Part shown: positions 34,136 to 43,760 of the stretch, one piece after another | How positions within the stretch are numbered: the stretch's first letter is position 1 | How the letters are laid out: the number at the start of each line of letters is the position of its first letter | Assembly: GCA_044341565.1 (NCBI GenBank) | Contig: JBIIRM010000003.1 | Coordinates: 45,187 to 109,186 of the forward strand | Reading direction: 5' to 3' | DNA length: 64,000 nucleotides | Origin: Minisyncoccia bacterium | GTDB lineage: Bacteria > Patescibacteriota > Minisyncoccia > SW-4-49-11 | Notes under the pieces: generated by a model | Seen by the model: only the letters and a program-made list of their open reading frames with translations | The model's database searches: none | Told to the model about the DNA's origin: nothing | Made by a program: the position numbers and the translations under genes

Positions 34136-34597
34136 ATGGCAGAAATACAAAACAATTCAGAATCAATACCCCCACTAGAACACAATACTCCATCAGAACA
34201 AAGTATTGAGCGTAATTTCGAACAAATTACTCCTTTAGAGCAAAATAATCCAGTGGTGGAAAAGCATATAGAGAGTTCAGCATATCAGGAGGCGCAAACT
34301 CATATCAAACAAGTAGTAGAAGAACAAAAAGTTGTACATCAACAAAATCCTATTGCAAAACCTTTATCTCCAAAATTACAAGAAAAATATGGATGGTTAT
34401 TATCAATTCCAGAAGAGACAAGAACAGAAGTTTCTGTTAAATTGATTACCACAAAAGGTAAAGATATATTAGAGGTAATACATGCTTTTTTAGCTATTGA
34501 AGATTATGTAGGATTAGATAGATTGGAGGAATCTCTAAATGAAGTCTATCCAACTTTGATTCAAGAAGGTATACTAACAGATATACACGATAAATAA
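34136..34597 (+). CDS. hypothetical acidic protein (153 aa)
   Basis: ORF 5 nt after the upstream stop. No domain recognised. Confidence 0.4.
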   Translation: MAEIQNNSESIPPLEHNTPSEQSIERNFEQITPLEQNNPVVEKHIESSAYQEAQTHIKQVVEEQKVVHQQNPIAKPLSPKLQEKYGWLLSIPEETRTEVSVKLITTKGKDILEVIHAFLAIEDYVGLDRLEESLNEVYPTLIQEGILTDIHDK

Positions 34598-34605
34598 ATA
34601 TCAAT

Positions 34606-37029
34606 ATGATAATTGTACTCTATGTACTGCTGGTGCTATGGGTTATTGCTATAACATTTATTATAGCAACGGTTATTATACATCCATTTTGGGAAAAACG
34701 TCGTATTAATCGGGGACTTGCAATGACACAATATCAAATTATTGTACCTCGCAATATCCCTAATCCAGAAGCTAATATCAAAGATTTAATTAGTGTGATG
34801 GAACAGGTATATGCGGGGTTCTCTTATCTCAAATTAGAGAAATTAGTCAATCGTCTTAGATATGGGAGTCCTTATATTTCTCTTGAAATTGTAAGCCCTA
34901 CCGAGCGAGATGAAATTAATTTTTATATTGGAGTTCCAAAAGGGTATGAATCTATTTTTGAAAAACAAATTCATGGAGTATATCCAGAAGCTGAGCTGAA
35001 GCATATTACTGATTATAATGTATTAATCCCTGAAGGAGAAATTCGGGCCGGATACTTACAGCTTAAAAAACCCTATATTCTCCCTATTAGAACCTATAAA
35101 GAATTAGAAACTAATCCTTTGAATGTGATTACCTCGGCTCTGTCTAAAATTCAGGAAGATGAAAGTGCAGTGGTACAGATTTTAATACAAAGAGTATCGG
35201 ATGATTGGAGTAGTAGTGGTAAGAAGGTAGTGAAGAAAATGCAAAAAGGAGAAAGCTTCAAAAATGCATATAATGAAGTTTTTGGGGGGATTGATAAGCA
35301 ATTTTTGAAAACTTTAGGTTCTGCTACAAAGTCTAAATCAACGGAAGTCTCTGAGCCAAAAATGTTAAGTCCTCAAGAGTCTATTATGATGGAGAAAATT
35401 AGTCAAAAAACAGGTAAAATTGCCTATGCGACTAATATTAGATTATTAACTATATCTCGAGATAGCCAAAGAGCAGATGTATTATTTGATCAATTAGAGG
35501 GTGCTTTTTCTCAATTTGCCAATGGAGATCTGAATCAATTTAAAGTAATCAAATATCCTATAAAGAATATTAAACAATTTATTTATACCTTTATATTCCG
35601 ATTATTCTCAGTAAAAGAATCAATGTTATTAAATAGTGAGGAATTGACGAGTATATATCATATTCCTGCTGTGGGAGTGGAGACTCCAAAAGTAACTTGG
35701 ATTACTTCTAAAACCTCACATCCTCCAGTTGATTTGCCAAAGGAAGGATTATTATTAGGGAAGAATATATATCGTGGTGAAGAAATTGAGGTAAGAATTG
35801 CAGAAGAGGATAGGAGACGTCATATGTATCTTATTGGACAAACAGGAACAGGTAAAAGTTCTTTGATGAAAAAAATGATACAAGAAGATTTGCAAGCAGG
35901 ACATGGTCTTGCTCTATTAGATCCTAATGGAGATTTTGCCGTGGAAGTATTGGGTATGATTCCAGAGCATCGTATGCAAGATGTGATTTATTTTAATCCT
36001 GCTGATACTAATTATCCTATGGGACTTAATATTCTGGAAGCCCGCACACATGAGGAAAAAGATTTCTTGATACAAGAAATGATTTCTATTTTTTATAAAT
36101 TGGTATCTGATCCAAGTATGATAGGGCCAATATTTGAGCATAATATGCGAATGGCAATGTCAGCTTTAATGTCAGATGTCAATAATCCAAGAACTCTAGT
36201 AGAAATACCTCTTATGTTTACTGATGAGGCATTTAGGAGACAAGTATTATTAACAGTTGACGATCCTGTCATACGGCATTTTTGGGAAAAAGAATTTCCT
36301 GCTACACAAAAAGGTTCACAAGCAGGGGATACACTTGGGTATCTATTAAGTAAATTGGGCCGATTTATTGAAAATGAAATGGTGCGTAATATTATTGGGC
36401 AATCTCGTTCAGCCTTTGATTTTCAAGATATTATGAATTCAGGTAAAATTTTGATTGGTAATCTTTCTAAAGGAGGGTTGGGGGAACAAAATAGTAATTT
36501 ATTAGGTATGTTGCTGGTATCCAAATTACAAATGGCAGCCTTTAAGCGAAATGAAATTCCAGAAGAACAGAGAAGAGATTTTTATTTGTATTTAGATGAG
36601 TTTCAAAACTTTACCACAGATAGTATATCTACCATTCTCTCTGAGGCTCGCAAATATCGATTATGTCTCATATTGGCCCATCAATATATAGGACAATTAT
36701 CTGAGGGGATAAAGAATGCAGTATTTGGGAATGTGGGTACTGTGGTAAGTTTCCGTATTGGATCCGAGGATGCTGAAATTATTGCTCAGCGTATGCAACC
36801 ATATTATAGTGCTGAGGATTTAGTGTCAATTGACAATCTAAAGTCAGTAATAACCTTGATGATACAGGGTAAGACCAGTAAAGCTTTTAATATGGATATT
36901 ATATTCGCTGATAAGACGAATGCATCTTTACAACAACGGGTAATATTAGAGTCTCGCAATAAATATGCCAAGCCGGCAGCTGAAATACGAGCGGATATAT
37001 CGAGTCGTACGCAAAGTATGTTCGAATAG
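34606..37029 (+). CDS. FtsK/HerA-superfamily P-loop ATPase, VirB4/TraC- or VirD4/TraG-like (type IV secretion-type)
   Basis: N-terminal TM helix. Walker A IGQTGTGKSS around residue 412 followed by LALLDPNGDF, and Walker B FYLYLDEFQNF. 807 aa. Confidence 0.6.
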   Translation: MIIVLYVLLVLWVIAITFIIATVIIHPFWEKRRINRGLAMTQYQIIVPRNIPNPEANIKDLISVMEQVYAGFSYLKLEKLVNRLRYGSPYISLEIVSPTERDEINFYIGVPKGYESIFEKQIHGVYPEAELKHITDYNVLIPEGEIRAGYLQLKKPYILPIRTYKELETNPLNVITSALSKIQEDESAVVQILIQRVSDDWSSSGKKVVKKMQKGESFKNAYNEVFGGIDKQFLKTLGSATKSKSTEVSEPKMLSPQESIMMEKISQKTGKIAYATNIRLLTISRDSQRADVLFDQLEGAFSQFANGDLNQFKVIKYPIKNIKQFIYTFIFRLFSVKESMLLNSEELTSIYHIPAVGVETPKVTWITSKTSHPPVDLPKEGLLLGKNIYRGEEIEVRIAEEDRRRHMYLIGQTGTGKSSLMKKMIQEDLQAGHGLALLDPNGDFAVEVLGMIPEHRMQDVIYFNPADTNYPMGLNILEARTHEEKDFLIQEMISIFYKLVSDPSMIGPIFEHNMRMAMSALMSDVNNPRTLVEIPLMFTDEAFRRQVLLTVDDPVIRHFWEKEFPATQKGSQAGDTLGYLLSKLGRFIENEMVRNIIGQSRSAFDFQDIMNSGKILIGNLSKGGLGEQNSNLLGMLLVSKLQMAAFKRNEIPEEQRRDFYLYLDEFQNFTTDSISTILSEARKYRLCLILAHQYIGQLSEGIKNAVFGNVGTVVSFRIGSEDAEIIAQRMQPYYSAEDLVSIDNLKSVITLMIQGKTSKAFNMDIIFADKTNASLQQRVILESRNKYAKPAAEIRADISSRTQSMFE

Positions 37030-37084
37030 AAATATAGCTAGTATATGATATACTTAATAGTATATTGAAATTATAATAGAGATT

Positions 37085-38059
37085 ATGAGTAATATTTGTC
37101 TTACAGGAATACAGCCGACAGGAAAATTACATATTGGGAATTATTTTGGGGCAATGAAACCTCTATTAGAATTGTCACAGAATTCTGAAATTGATAGCAT
37201 ATTTATTTTTGTGGCGAATCTTCATGCTCTTAATAGTATTAAAGATGCGGAGACATTAAAGGCTTATACTACTGATATTGTACTTGATTATCTTGCTTTG
37301 GGGCTCGATATCAATAAAACCAGTTTATTCCTACAATCAGATATACGAGAGCTTACTGAGCTTACTTGGATATTCAATAATCTTGTTAGTGTTGCCTATC
37401 TCGAGCGTTCACATGCCTATAAAGATGCTATTGCTAATGGGAAAGAGGCAAGTATGGGATTATTTGATTATCCGGTATTAATGGCAGCAGATATATTATT
37501 ATATAAATCAACTATTGTACCCGTAGGGCAAGATCAAAAACAACATATTGAGATAGCACAAAAAATTGCAGATAAATTTAATTCTCAATATGGAGAAATT
37601 TTTATTAGACCAAAGCCCTATATTCAATTAGACACTGCTATTGTACAGGGACTTGATGGGAGGAAAATGAGTAAATCATATAAGAATACCATAGAATTAT
37701 TTGAAGCTGAGGATAGTATTCGCTTAAAAGTGAGTAAAATAATTACAGACTCCAAAGCACCAAATGAACCAAAAGACCCAACAAACTGTAATATATTATC
37801 TTTATATCGTCTATTTGCATCTCCAGAGGAAATTACTCATATTGAGGGTCAATATCGAGAGGGGACTATATCATATCGTGAAGCAAAAGAATTATTAGCT
37901 GAAGCAATTTTAAGCTATTTTGCCGCTATTCGCCAAAAGCGACAAGAATTATTATCACAACCAGAATATATACAAGATATATTACATAAAGGATCTCAAA
38001 ATGCTCAAACTATTGCAAAAGAAACTATGAATCAAGTTCGACAAGTAGTAGGTATATAA
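37085..38059 (+). CDS. trpS: tryptophanyl-tRNA synthetase
   Basis: HIGH-type TGKLHIGNYFGA and KMSKS, ~324 aa class Ic. Confidence 0.95.
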   Translation: MSNICLTGIQPTGKLHIGNYFGAMKPLLELSQNSEIDSIFIFVANLHALNSIKDAETLKAYTTDIVLDYLALGLDINKTSLFLQSDIRELTELTWIFNNLVSVAYLERSHAYKDAIANGKEASMGLFDYPVLMAADILLYKSTIVPVGQDQKQHIEIAQKIADKFNSQYGEIFIRPKPYIQLDTAIVQGLDGRKMSKSYKNTIELFEAEDSIRLKVSKIITDSKAPNEPKDPTNCNILSLYRLFASPEEITHIEGQYREGTISYREAKELLAEAILSYFAAIRQKRQELLSQPEYIQDILHKGSQNAQTIAKETMNQVRQVVGI

Positions 38060-38065
38060 TAAAAA

Positions 38066-39676
38066 TTATAAACTATCTTTAAAGATATCAGCAATGGTAT
38101 CATTCATATCTTTTGGCTCATCATTGTCTATTGAATGAGAGAGTTCATAGTTATGAGCTGGAGCGGTGATTTTTTGCGCAATAAAATTAATACCAACAAT
38201 GGATTCTATAAATTCAGCAATACTATCTAATATAATATTGCTATGTTTTTCTAATCTATCTCGATAAAAATTAGACTCAACTGCAATAGTTAAGGTTTCA
38301 TCAGATAATTCAATAGGTTGGGTTTTAGCAAATATAACACTAAGACTTTTATTTGATTTGCTAAGAGACTTATTAATTTCAGGATAGAGTTTTTGGACAT
38401 TATCAATATCAGGAGATACAGTTTTTCTGATGGGAGCTGGAGCTTTGATCTCAGCTTTAATAGGTTCTTGTATTTTAGGTTCGATTTCATATTTAGCTTT
38501 AGACTCTTTAATCTCGGTTTTTGTGATAGATTTTTTTAATTCTTTTGTCCTAGGGATAGTATCAATTTCAGTATCAGATGGGGGAGTATTCTGGCCCCAT
38601 ATTTGAGCAATAATTAATTCTAGGGGTAAATAGGGGATATAGGCAGAATGAGTTTGAGATTTTACTCTTTCTAATTCTTGTATGAATATAATAATTTTTG
38701 ACTGAGTAATAGCTTTAGAGAGCTTGGTAAGCTTATCATACTCAGACTCTAATAATGGGCTTATATCAAGTAAATTAGGGCTAATTTGTATCAGGAATAT
38801 TGAATGAGATATGGTCAGTAAGTTCAATAACAATTGTGGTATTCCAAATCCCTCATCATAAAGATTATGAATATGTCTAATGGCGGGATACAAATCTCCC
38901 TTGGAGAGAAATTCTAATAATGTATAGGCTTCAAAATAGGAGTTTTTACCAAGAATTGTGGAGGCAAATTCAGTATTAATATCTTTTATTCCAGAGGAAA
39001 TAAGTTTGCCCAAAATACTCTCAGCATCTCTGGCTCCTCCCATAGCCTGTAGGATAATTTGATTTACAACGGAGTCATCAATAGTAACTTTTTCGGCTTT
39101 TGTAATATACAGAATTTTTTCTCTAAGCTCAGCTGAAGATAGGGGTTTGAAATCAAATTTTTGTACACGAGACAAAATGGTAGGGAGCATTTTATGGGCA
39201 TCGGTTGTGGCGAGTATAAATATGGTGTTCTTGGGAGGTTCTTCAAGTGTCTTTAATAATGCATTAGATGCATCCTTGGTGAGCATATGAGACTCATCAA
39301 TAATATAAATTTTATATCCATTTTTTTGAGAGGGGGCAAAGCGTACCGCTTCCTTGAGATTGCGAATCTCATCAATACCACGATTAGAAGCAGCATCTAT
39401 TTCAATCAAATCAATAAAAGCATTATCATTAATTGCCTTACAATTATCACAACTATTACATGGTTCAGCAGAATTCTCTTTGCGCTTGAGACAATTGAGT
39501 GCCTTGGCAAAAATTCTTGCCATAGTAGTCTTACCTGTACCACGAGGCCCACTAAATAAATAAGAATGCACCGTACGATTATGAATAATGGCATTCTGAA
39601 GTGTGGTCTTCACAATTTCTTGTCCAACAATTTGTGTGAAAATCTGGGGTCTATAAGTTCGGTATAAGGCTGGCAT
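38066..39676 (-). CDS. dnaX: DNA polymerase III subunit gamma/tau
   Basis: GPRGTGKTT Walker A, Zn-module CNSCDNC, and a clamp-loader SRC-like region. Confidence 0.9.
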   Translation of the reverse strand: MPALYRTYRPQIFTQIVGQEIVKTTLQNAIIHNRTVHSYLFSGPRGTGKTTMARIFAKALNCLKRKENSAEPCNSCDNCKAINDNAFIDLIEIDAASNRGIDEIRNLKEAVRFAPSQKNGYKIYIIDESHMLTKDASNALLKTLEEPPKNTIFILATTDAHKMLPTILSRVQKFDFKPLSSAELREKILYITKAEKVTIDDSVVNQIILQAMGGARDAESILGKLISSGIKDINTEFASTILGKNSYFEAYTLLEFLSKGDLYPAIRHIHNLYDEGFGIPQLLLNLLTISHSIFLIQISPNLLDISPLLESEYDKLTKLSKAITQSKIIIFIQELERVKSQTHSAYIPYLPLELIIAQIWGQNTPPSDTEIDTIPRTKELKKSITKTEIKESKAKYEIEPKIQEPIKAEIKAPAPIRKTVSPDIDNVQKLYPEINKSLSKSNKSLSVIFAKTQPIELSDETLTIAVESNFYRDRLEKHSNIILDSIAEFIESIVGINFIAQKITAPAHNYELSHSIDNDEPKDMNDTIADIFKDSL

Positions 39677-39687
39677 ATATCTGGGTA

Positions 39688-40134
39688 TTATTTACGGAAG
39701 ACAAAAAATTTATATCCAACAAAGCTCACAATCATTGATCCCCCTGTTCCTAATAGTTTACCAATAATTGCCGGATCTATCAATTGAGAGGGGATAAAAG
39801 ATAAGGATAATGGGAGGAGAATAGTTGCTGGCAATATTAATATGGTGAGTCTTAATATAGTAGTATTCACAATAAATCCTAAAGCATTTACCATGAGAAA
39901 ACTCCCAAATTCTCGAGGCTTGGTCTTTTTCTTATGCTGAAAGGTAATATATTTATTGGCAAAATAACTAAATATAATAGCAGTGATTACCGAGATAAGA
40001 TTAATATAGATAATTAGATGTGATTCATTAGAAATATTAAAGCTATATTTCAATAAAGCAAATACCCCGATATCAATCGAGGTATTCAGAATTCCAATAA
40101 TAGCAAAGAGTATTATTTCGCGATTTTTTACCAA
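39688..40134 (-). CDS. GtrA-family membrane protein
   Basis: 4-TM ~150 aa protein with a GtrA-like pattern. Confidence 0.55.
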   Translation of the reverse strand: MVKNREIILFAIIGILNTSIDIGVFALLKYSFNISNESHLIIYINLISVITAIIFSYFANKYITFQHKKKTKPREFGSFLMVNALGFIVNTTILRLTILILPATILLPLSLSFIPSQLIDPAIIGKLLGTGGSMIVSFVGYKFFVFRK

Positions 40135-40820
40135 GGCTGTATTTTTAGTGGTTCATCAGAATTTTCTTCTTCAGATTTAGTATCCTCTGAAGCTTCCTCA
40201 AGAAGGGGAGTATCATCTACAATTTCTTCATCAATATCAATATTAGGAGCAACTTCTGGAGTATCATTGAGATTAGACGGTGCATTCGTATTTACAATTC
40301 CAAGTGCTTGAGCTGATACTACATTTTCAATAGCTGCCCATTCACTTTTTTTAGTAAGTGGGGTAAGAATAGTCACCTCATCACCAGGAGATAATCTAAA
40401 ATAAGTTACAGAAGCAGTTAAGAGTCGATATAATTCATCTCCAACTTTTGCAAAATAACTATTATCTTGATATATAATATTCCCAATAGCACGACGACGT
40501 GGAGCTGGTCCAATTTGCTTATAAATAAATGCTCCATCAGCCGTAATAGTAAGTTTTAATTGATCTCCTTCAATCAATTTAGATTTACTCGCATAATTGG
40601 CAGGGACTGGATATTGTTTTTTAGTATCATCTACCATATATTCACCGGTAAATTCTCCCAATACAACTTTTTCTGCTTGCCCTACTACACTCACATAGGA
40701 TTGATTAGCTCCTGCAACTTGAGTCAGCATAGCACGAGCTTGATTGAGCCGAGCTTCTGCTTCTTTTACGATTTGTTCTAACTCAGCAATTTGCTGAGAT
40801 TTGTCCTCAGTATTTGACAT
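40128..40820 (-). CDS. hypothetical protein with N-terminal coiled coil and acidic C-terminus
   Basis: The ORF overlaps the downstream gene by 7 nt. Confidence 0.45.
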   Translation of the reverse strand: MSNTEDKSQQIAELEQIVKEAEARLNQARAMLTQVAGANQSYVSVVGQAEKVVLGEFTGEYMVDDTKKQYPVPANYASKSKLIEGDQLKLTITADGAFIYKQIGPAPRRRAIGNIIYQDNSYFAKVGDELYRLLTASVTYFRLSPGDEVTILTPLTKKSEWAAIENVVSAQALGIVNTNAPSNLNDTPEVAPNIDIDEEIVDDTPLLEEASEDTKSEEENSDEPLKIQPW

Positions 40821-40879
40821 ATCTGTGCTTTTATTTTGATATTATTACTACAATATTAGTATATCATATTGTAAATTTA

Positions 40880-40909
40880 TTGACAAGGGGATGATGAAAT
40901 GGATATAAT
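40880..40909 (+). promoter_or_regulatory. sigma70-like promoter TTGACA-18-TATAAT for tRNA-Leu
   Basis: Consensus hexamers ~20 nt upstream of the tRNA 5' end. Confidence 0.6.
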
Positions 40910-40926
40910 AGATTAGTTCGCATAAA

Positions 40927-41009
40927 GCTGGTGTGGTGGAATGGTAGACACGAAGGACTCAAAATCCTTTGGAGGCAACTCCGTAACGGTTCAAGTCCGT
41001 TCACCAGCA
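40927..41009 (+). tRNA. tRNA-Leu (anticodon CAA), class II with long variable arm
   Basis: Acceptor GCTGGTG/CACCAGC + discriminator A, anticodon stem AAGGA/TCCTT with loop CTCAAAA, variable hairpin GGAG-GCAA-CTCC, T-arm ACGG-TTCAAGT-CCGT. Confidence 0.85.
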
Positions 41010-41016
41010 CAATATT

Positions 41017-41044
41017 ATAAAACCGCCTTGAAGGCGGTTTTATA
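41017..41044. terminator. bidirectional terminator AAAACCGCC-TTGAA-GGCGGTTTT
   Basis: Seen in sequence directly after the tRNA. Confidence 0.7.
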
Positions 41045-41198
41045 ATATTGTTGACTGGATCTGATATAAGTAATAGTCCGTTTGGACTATTACTCTAGGA
41101 CTTGAAAGTCGGAGCGATGTGTGAGTTTGGGCATAAGCCCAAGGCGAACACCGCGAGACGGGGTAGCGAGAATTTTTCGTCAGAAAAATTACTTGTGA

Positions 41199-41218
41199 TC
41201 AAGTCCGTTCACCAGCAC
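41199..41218 (+). repeat. 20-nt exact direct repeat of the tRNA-Leu 3' end (TCAAGTCCGTTCACCAGCAC)
   Basis: Identical to 40991-41010 but without the upstream 5' half of the T-stem, so it is not a functional tRNA. Sits ~190 bp downstream of the tRNA. Confidence 0.8.
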
Positions 41219-41223
41219 TAAAT

Positions 41224-41253
41224 AAAAAACTCCCAATTCTTTGGGAGTTTTTT
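41224..41253. terminator. bidirectional terminator AAAAAACTCCCAATTCTTTGGGAGTTTTTT
   Basis: It serves the 3' end of the minus-strand pilin-like gene. Confidence 0.7.
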
Positions 41254-41260
41254 ATTTACT

Positions 41261-43654
41261 CTATTGTGCTCGGCTCCCATCAGTATTAAGACGAGCTATA
41301 TATTGCGCCGCTACTCCTTGATATTGAGTAAAACTTCCTCCTACTACAAATTTACCATCATTTTGTGTTATTATACTATACACCATCTGATCAAATCCCG
41401 TGCCTATACTAAAACTATAGTCCCTACTCCCATTACTATTTAGTCGTATAATATAATTAGCTCCTACTCCTTGATATGTACCAAAATCTCCCCCTATTAT
41501 TAATTTCCCATCACTCTGCTGTATAATACCTCTTACTGGAACAATCAAAAGATTATTAAAGCCTGTACCTATAGCAAAAGTATTATCTGGAGACCCATCA
41601 CTGTTTAGTCGTATAATATAGTTAGCTCCTGCTCCCTGATAAGTAGTAAAAGTTCCACCCAATACTAATTTTCCATCGCTTTGCTGTATAACCGCGTATG
41701 GTACATTATTAAATCCCGTACCTATATTAAAAGTATTATCTTGAGATCCATTACTATTTAACCGTGTTATTCTATTTGTAGACACACCCTGATACGTACT
41801 AAATGACCCTCCAATAATAATTTTCCCATCACTTTGTTGGTAAACCTTGTTTACCGTACCATTAAATCCTGTACCTATATTAAAACTCGTATCTATACTC
41901 CCATCAGCATTTAACCTTATGATTCCATTTGCTGATACTCCTTGATAAGTGGTAAAAAAGCCACCTATAACTATTTTCCCATCACTTTGTTGTATAATGC
42001 TCATTACGCTACTATTAAATCCTGTACCTATATTAAAAGTATTGTCTCTACTTCCATCACTATTTAGTCGTATAATATAATTGGCTGCCACTCCTTGATA
42101 AGTAGTGAAATCTCCCCCTAGTACTATTTTACCATCACTTTGTTGTATAATACTCGCAGGAGGATTATTAAACCCTACCCCTATATTAAAGCTACTGTCT
42201 CTTGTTCCATCATTATTTAAGCGTGTTATTTTATTAACTGACACCCCTTGATAAGTGGTAAAAAAGCCACCTATAACTAATTTCCCATCACTTTGTTGTA
42301 TTATACTCTGAGTAGAACTATTAAACCCAGTAAAACCTAGAGGTGGGGTTTGAATTCCTCTGTTGACACAACGGAAACCAATACGGCTATTAAAATCAGA
42401 GGGAATATACGACATATTGAGCGAAAAAACTCCTGTAAAGCTATGATCAGACAACTGGCTACCACGAATGAAACCGTAAATGGTATTATTTCCAGGAGTC
42501 CCATCACTCCATACTGCTCCCACATTCTGGCTAGTATCCCAACTTGTATTACTTGCTCTATAATCATCATAATTAAGGATTCCATTAGTGGTTAACAGAG
42601 TAAATGGTCTCCAACCACCAAATCCTGGACTTGCTGTTATTGTTGGTTGATCAGCTCCAGTTATAGTGTTATTAGTCCATTCCCATACATTTCCACTTAA
42701 GTCCCATATTACTGATCCATTGGATAAAGTATGTGTTCTTTTTTGTATACTAGGAGATATGTCCCCTGTCCCGCTATAGGGAGCTGTATCAATTCCTGCT
42801 ACTAATCCTAAGGCTGGAGTATTATCACTATGTCCTCTCCATAATCCTCCCGACCCTACTGTTCCACCTGTCCAATTACTTGGCTGAGCCTCTATATTAC
42901 GGGCTATTGTCATCCATTCTTTATTCGTAATAAGACTTCCTCCAGCATTAATACAATATGTAGCTGCCGTTATCTGGCTTATCTTTACTATTGGATAACC
43001 ACTTGCTACACTAGCTACAGCCCTACCATTAGCTGATGTAGTTGCGGTTATAGTATTGTCTATGGTATTTGCCCCTTCGTCGGGTGTAGTTAGTCCTACT
43101 GTAGGAGAGGCTATTGCTACTGCCTTAGCCTCATATTTCATCACACAAAAGTCCTCAGTATTATAAAGACTATTTCCTGGGACTTTAATATATCCTGTTG
43201 GACACACAATATTGGTATAGATAGATTGTCCACGAGTAAAAATGGTATTATCAACTGAATTGACTCCACTAATGGTGAAGCGCCCTATATCATCGGTAAC
43301 AATAGAGAAACCACTTAAGACGGGATCAGTCCCATAAAAGGGTATGCTTTGAATATATGTAGGGACAAGAAAAGTAATATCAATACAACCTGCTCCAGGT
43401 GTCTTACAGATAGGAGTGGTGGAATTAGCAGTAAGGGCAGATATTTGTGGGTGATGAGATCCTGTCTTGAGAGCATATTGTTCTAATGCCTGATAAATAG
43501 TCAGGGCATCGGCTTTGCGTTCATTATCATTTGCTTCCGAAATAATTCTGCTGGGGTTTAGAGCATATAATACTGTGGCAAATAGAATAGCAAGAAGAGC
43601 AATGACGAGAAGTATCTCGAGTAGGGTAAAACCTTTTTTTGTAGTGTGTTTCAT
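41261..43654 (-). CDS. type IV pilin-like protein with FGE-sulfatase-like (C-type-lectin-fold) domain and 8 C-terminal delta-60/DUF5122-type beta-propeller repeats
   Basis: Prepilin-type N-terminus KKGFTLLEILLVIALLAIL. The mid region has NVWEWT ... GFRCV (FGE-sulfatase family signature). The C-terminus has ~48-aa tandem repeats FNIGTGFN..IIQQSDGKIVIGGFFTTYQGVS.N.IIRLN.DGS.D, which are also tandem at DNA level (~41300-42330). Confidence 0.85.
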   Translation of the reverse strand: MKHTTKKGFTLLEILLVIALLAILFATVLYALNPSRIISEANDNERKADALTIYQALEQYALKTGSHHPQISALTANSTTPICKTPGAGCIDITFLVPTYIQSIPFYGTDPVLSGFSIVTDDIGRFTISGVNSVDNTIFTRGQSIYTNIVCPTGYIKVPGNSLYNTEDFCVMKYEAKAVAIASPTVGLTTPDEGANTIDNTITATTSANGRAVASVASGYPIVKISQITAATYCINAGGSLITNKEWMTIARNIEAQPSNWTGGTVGSGGLWRGHSDNTPALGLVAGIDTAPYSGTGDISPSIQKRTHTLSNGSVIWDLSGNVWEWTNNTITGADQPTITASPGFGGWRPFTLLTTNGILNYDDYRASNTSWDTSQNVGAVWSDGTPGNNTIYGFIRGSQLSDHSFTGVFSLNMSYIPSDFNSRIGFRCVNRGIQTPPLGFTGFNSSTQSIIQQSDGKLVIGGFFTTYQGVSVNKITRLNNDGTRDSSFNIGVGFNNPPASIIQQSDGKIVLGGDFTTYQGVAANYIIRLNSDGSRDNTFNIGTGFNSSVMSIIQQSDGKIVIGGFFTTYQGVSANGIIRLNADGSIDTSFNIGTGFNGTVNKVYQQSDGKIIIGGSFSTYQGVSTNRITRLNSNGSQDNTFNIGTGFNNVPYAVIQQSDGKLVLGGTFTTYQGAGANYIIRLNSDGSPDNTFAIGTGFNNLLIVPVRGIIQQSDGKLIIGGDFGTYQGVGANYIIRLNSNGSRDYSFSIGTGFDQMVYSIITQNDGKFVVGGSFTQYQGVAAQYIARLNTDGSRAQ

Positions 43655-43760
43655 AAGGATATATTTTATTTCTAGATTAAGTTTAGTATAGCATAAAACT
43701 ATTATTGAGTGTATAGTGACTTTATGCTATACTTATACACATAAATCATTAACATAATAT

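Noticed and set aside
41300-42330. Tandem ~144-bp DNA repeats: checked as a possible CRISPR array
   Set aside because: The repeats are in-frame coding repeats of the beta-propeller blades, with variable ends rather than fixed repeat plus unique spacers. No cas genes. No CRISPR array is present anywhere in the window.
42337-42595. Small ORFs on both strands inside the 797-aa pilin-like gene; also 16056..16277 in valS, 32916..33140 in the GT-C gene, 35917..36141 in the ATPase, 60465..60743 in the FReD-pilin
   Set aside because: Embedded or antisense within long, well-supported genes.
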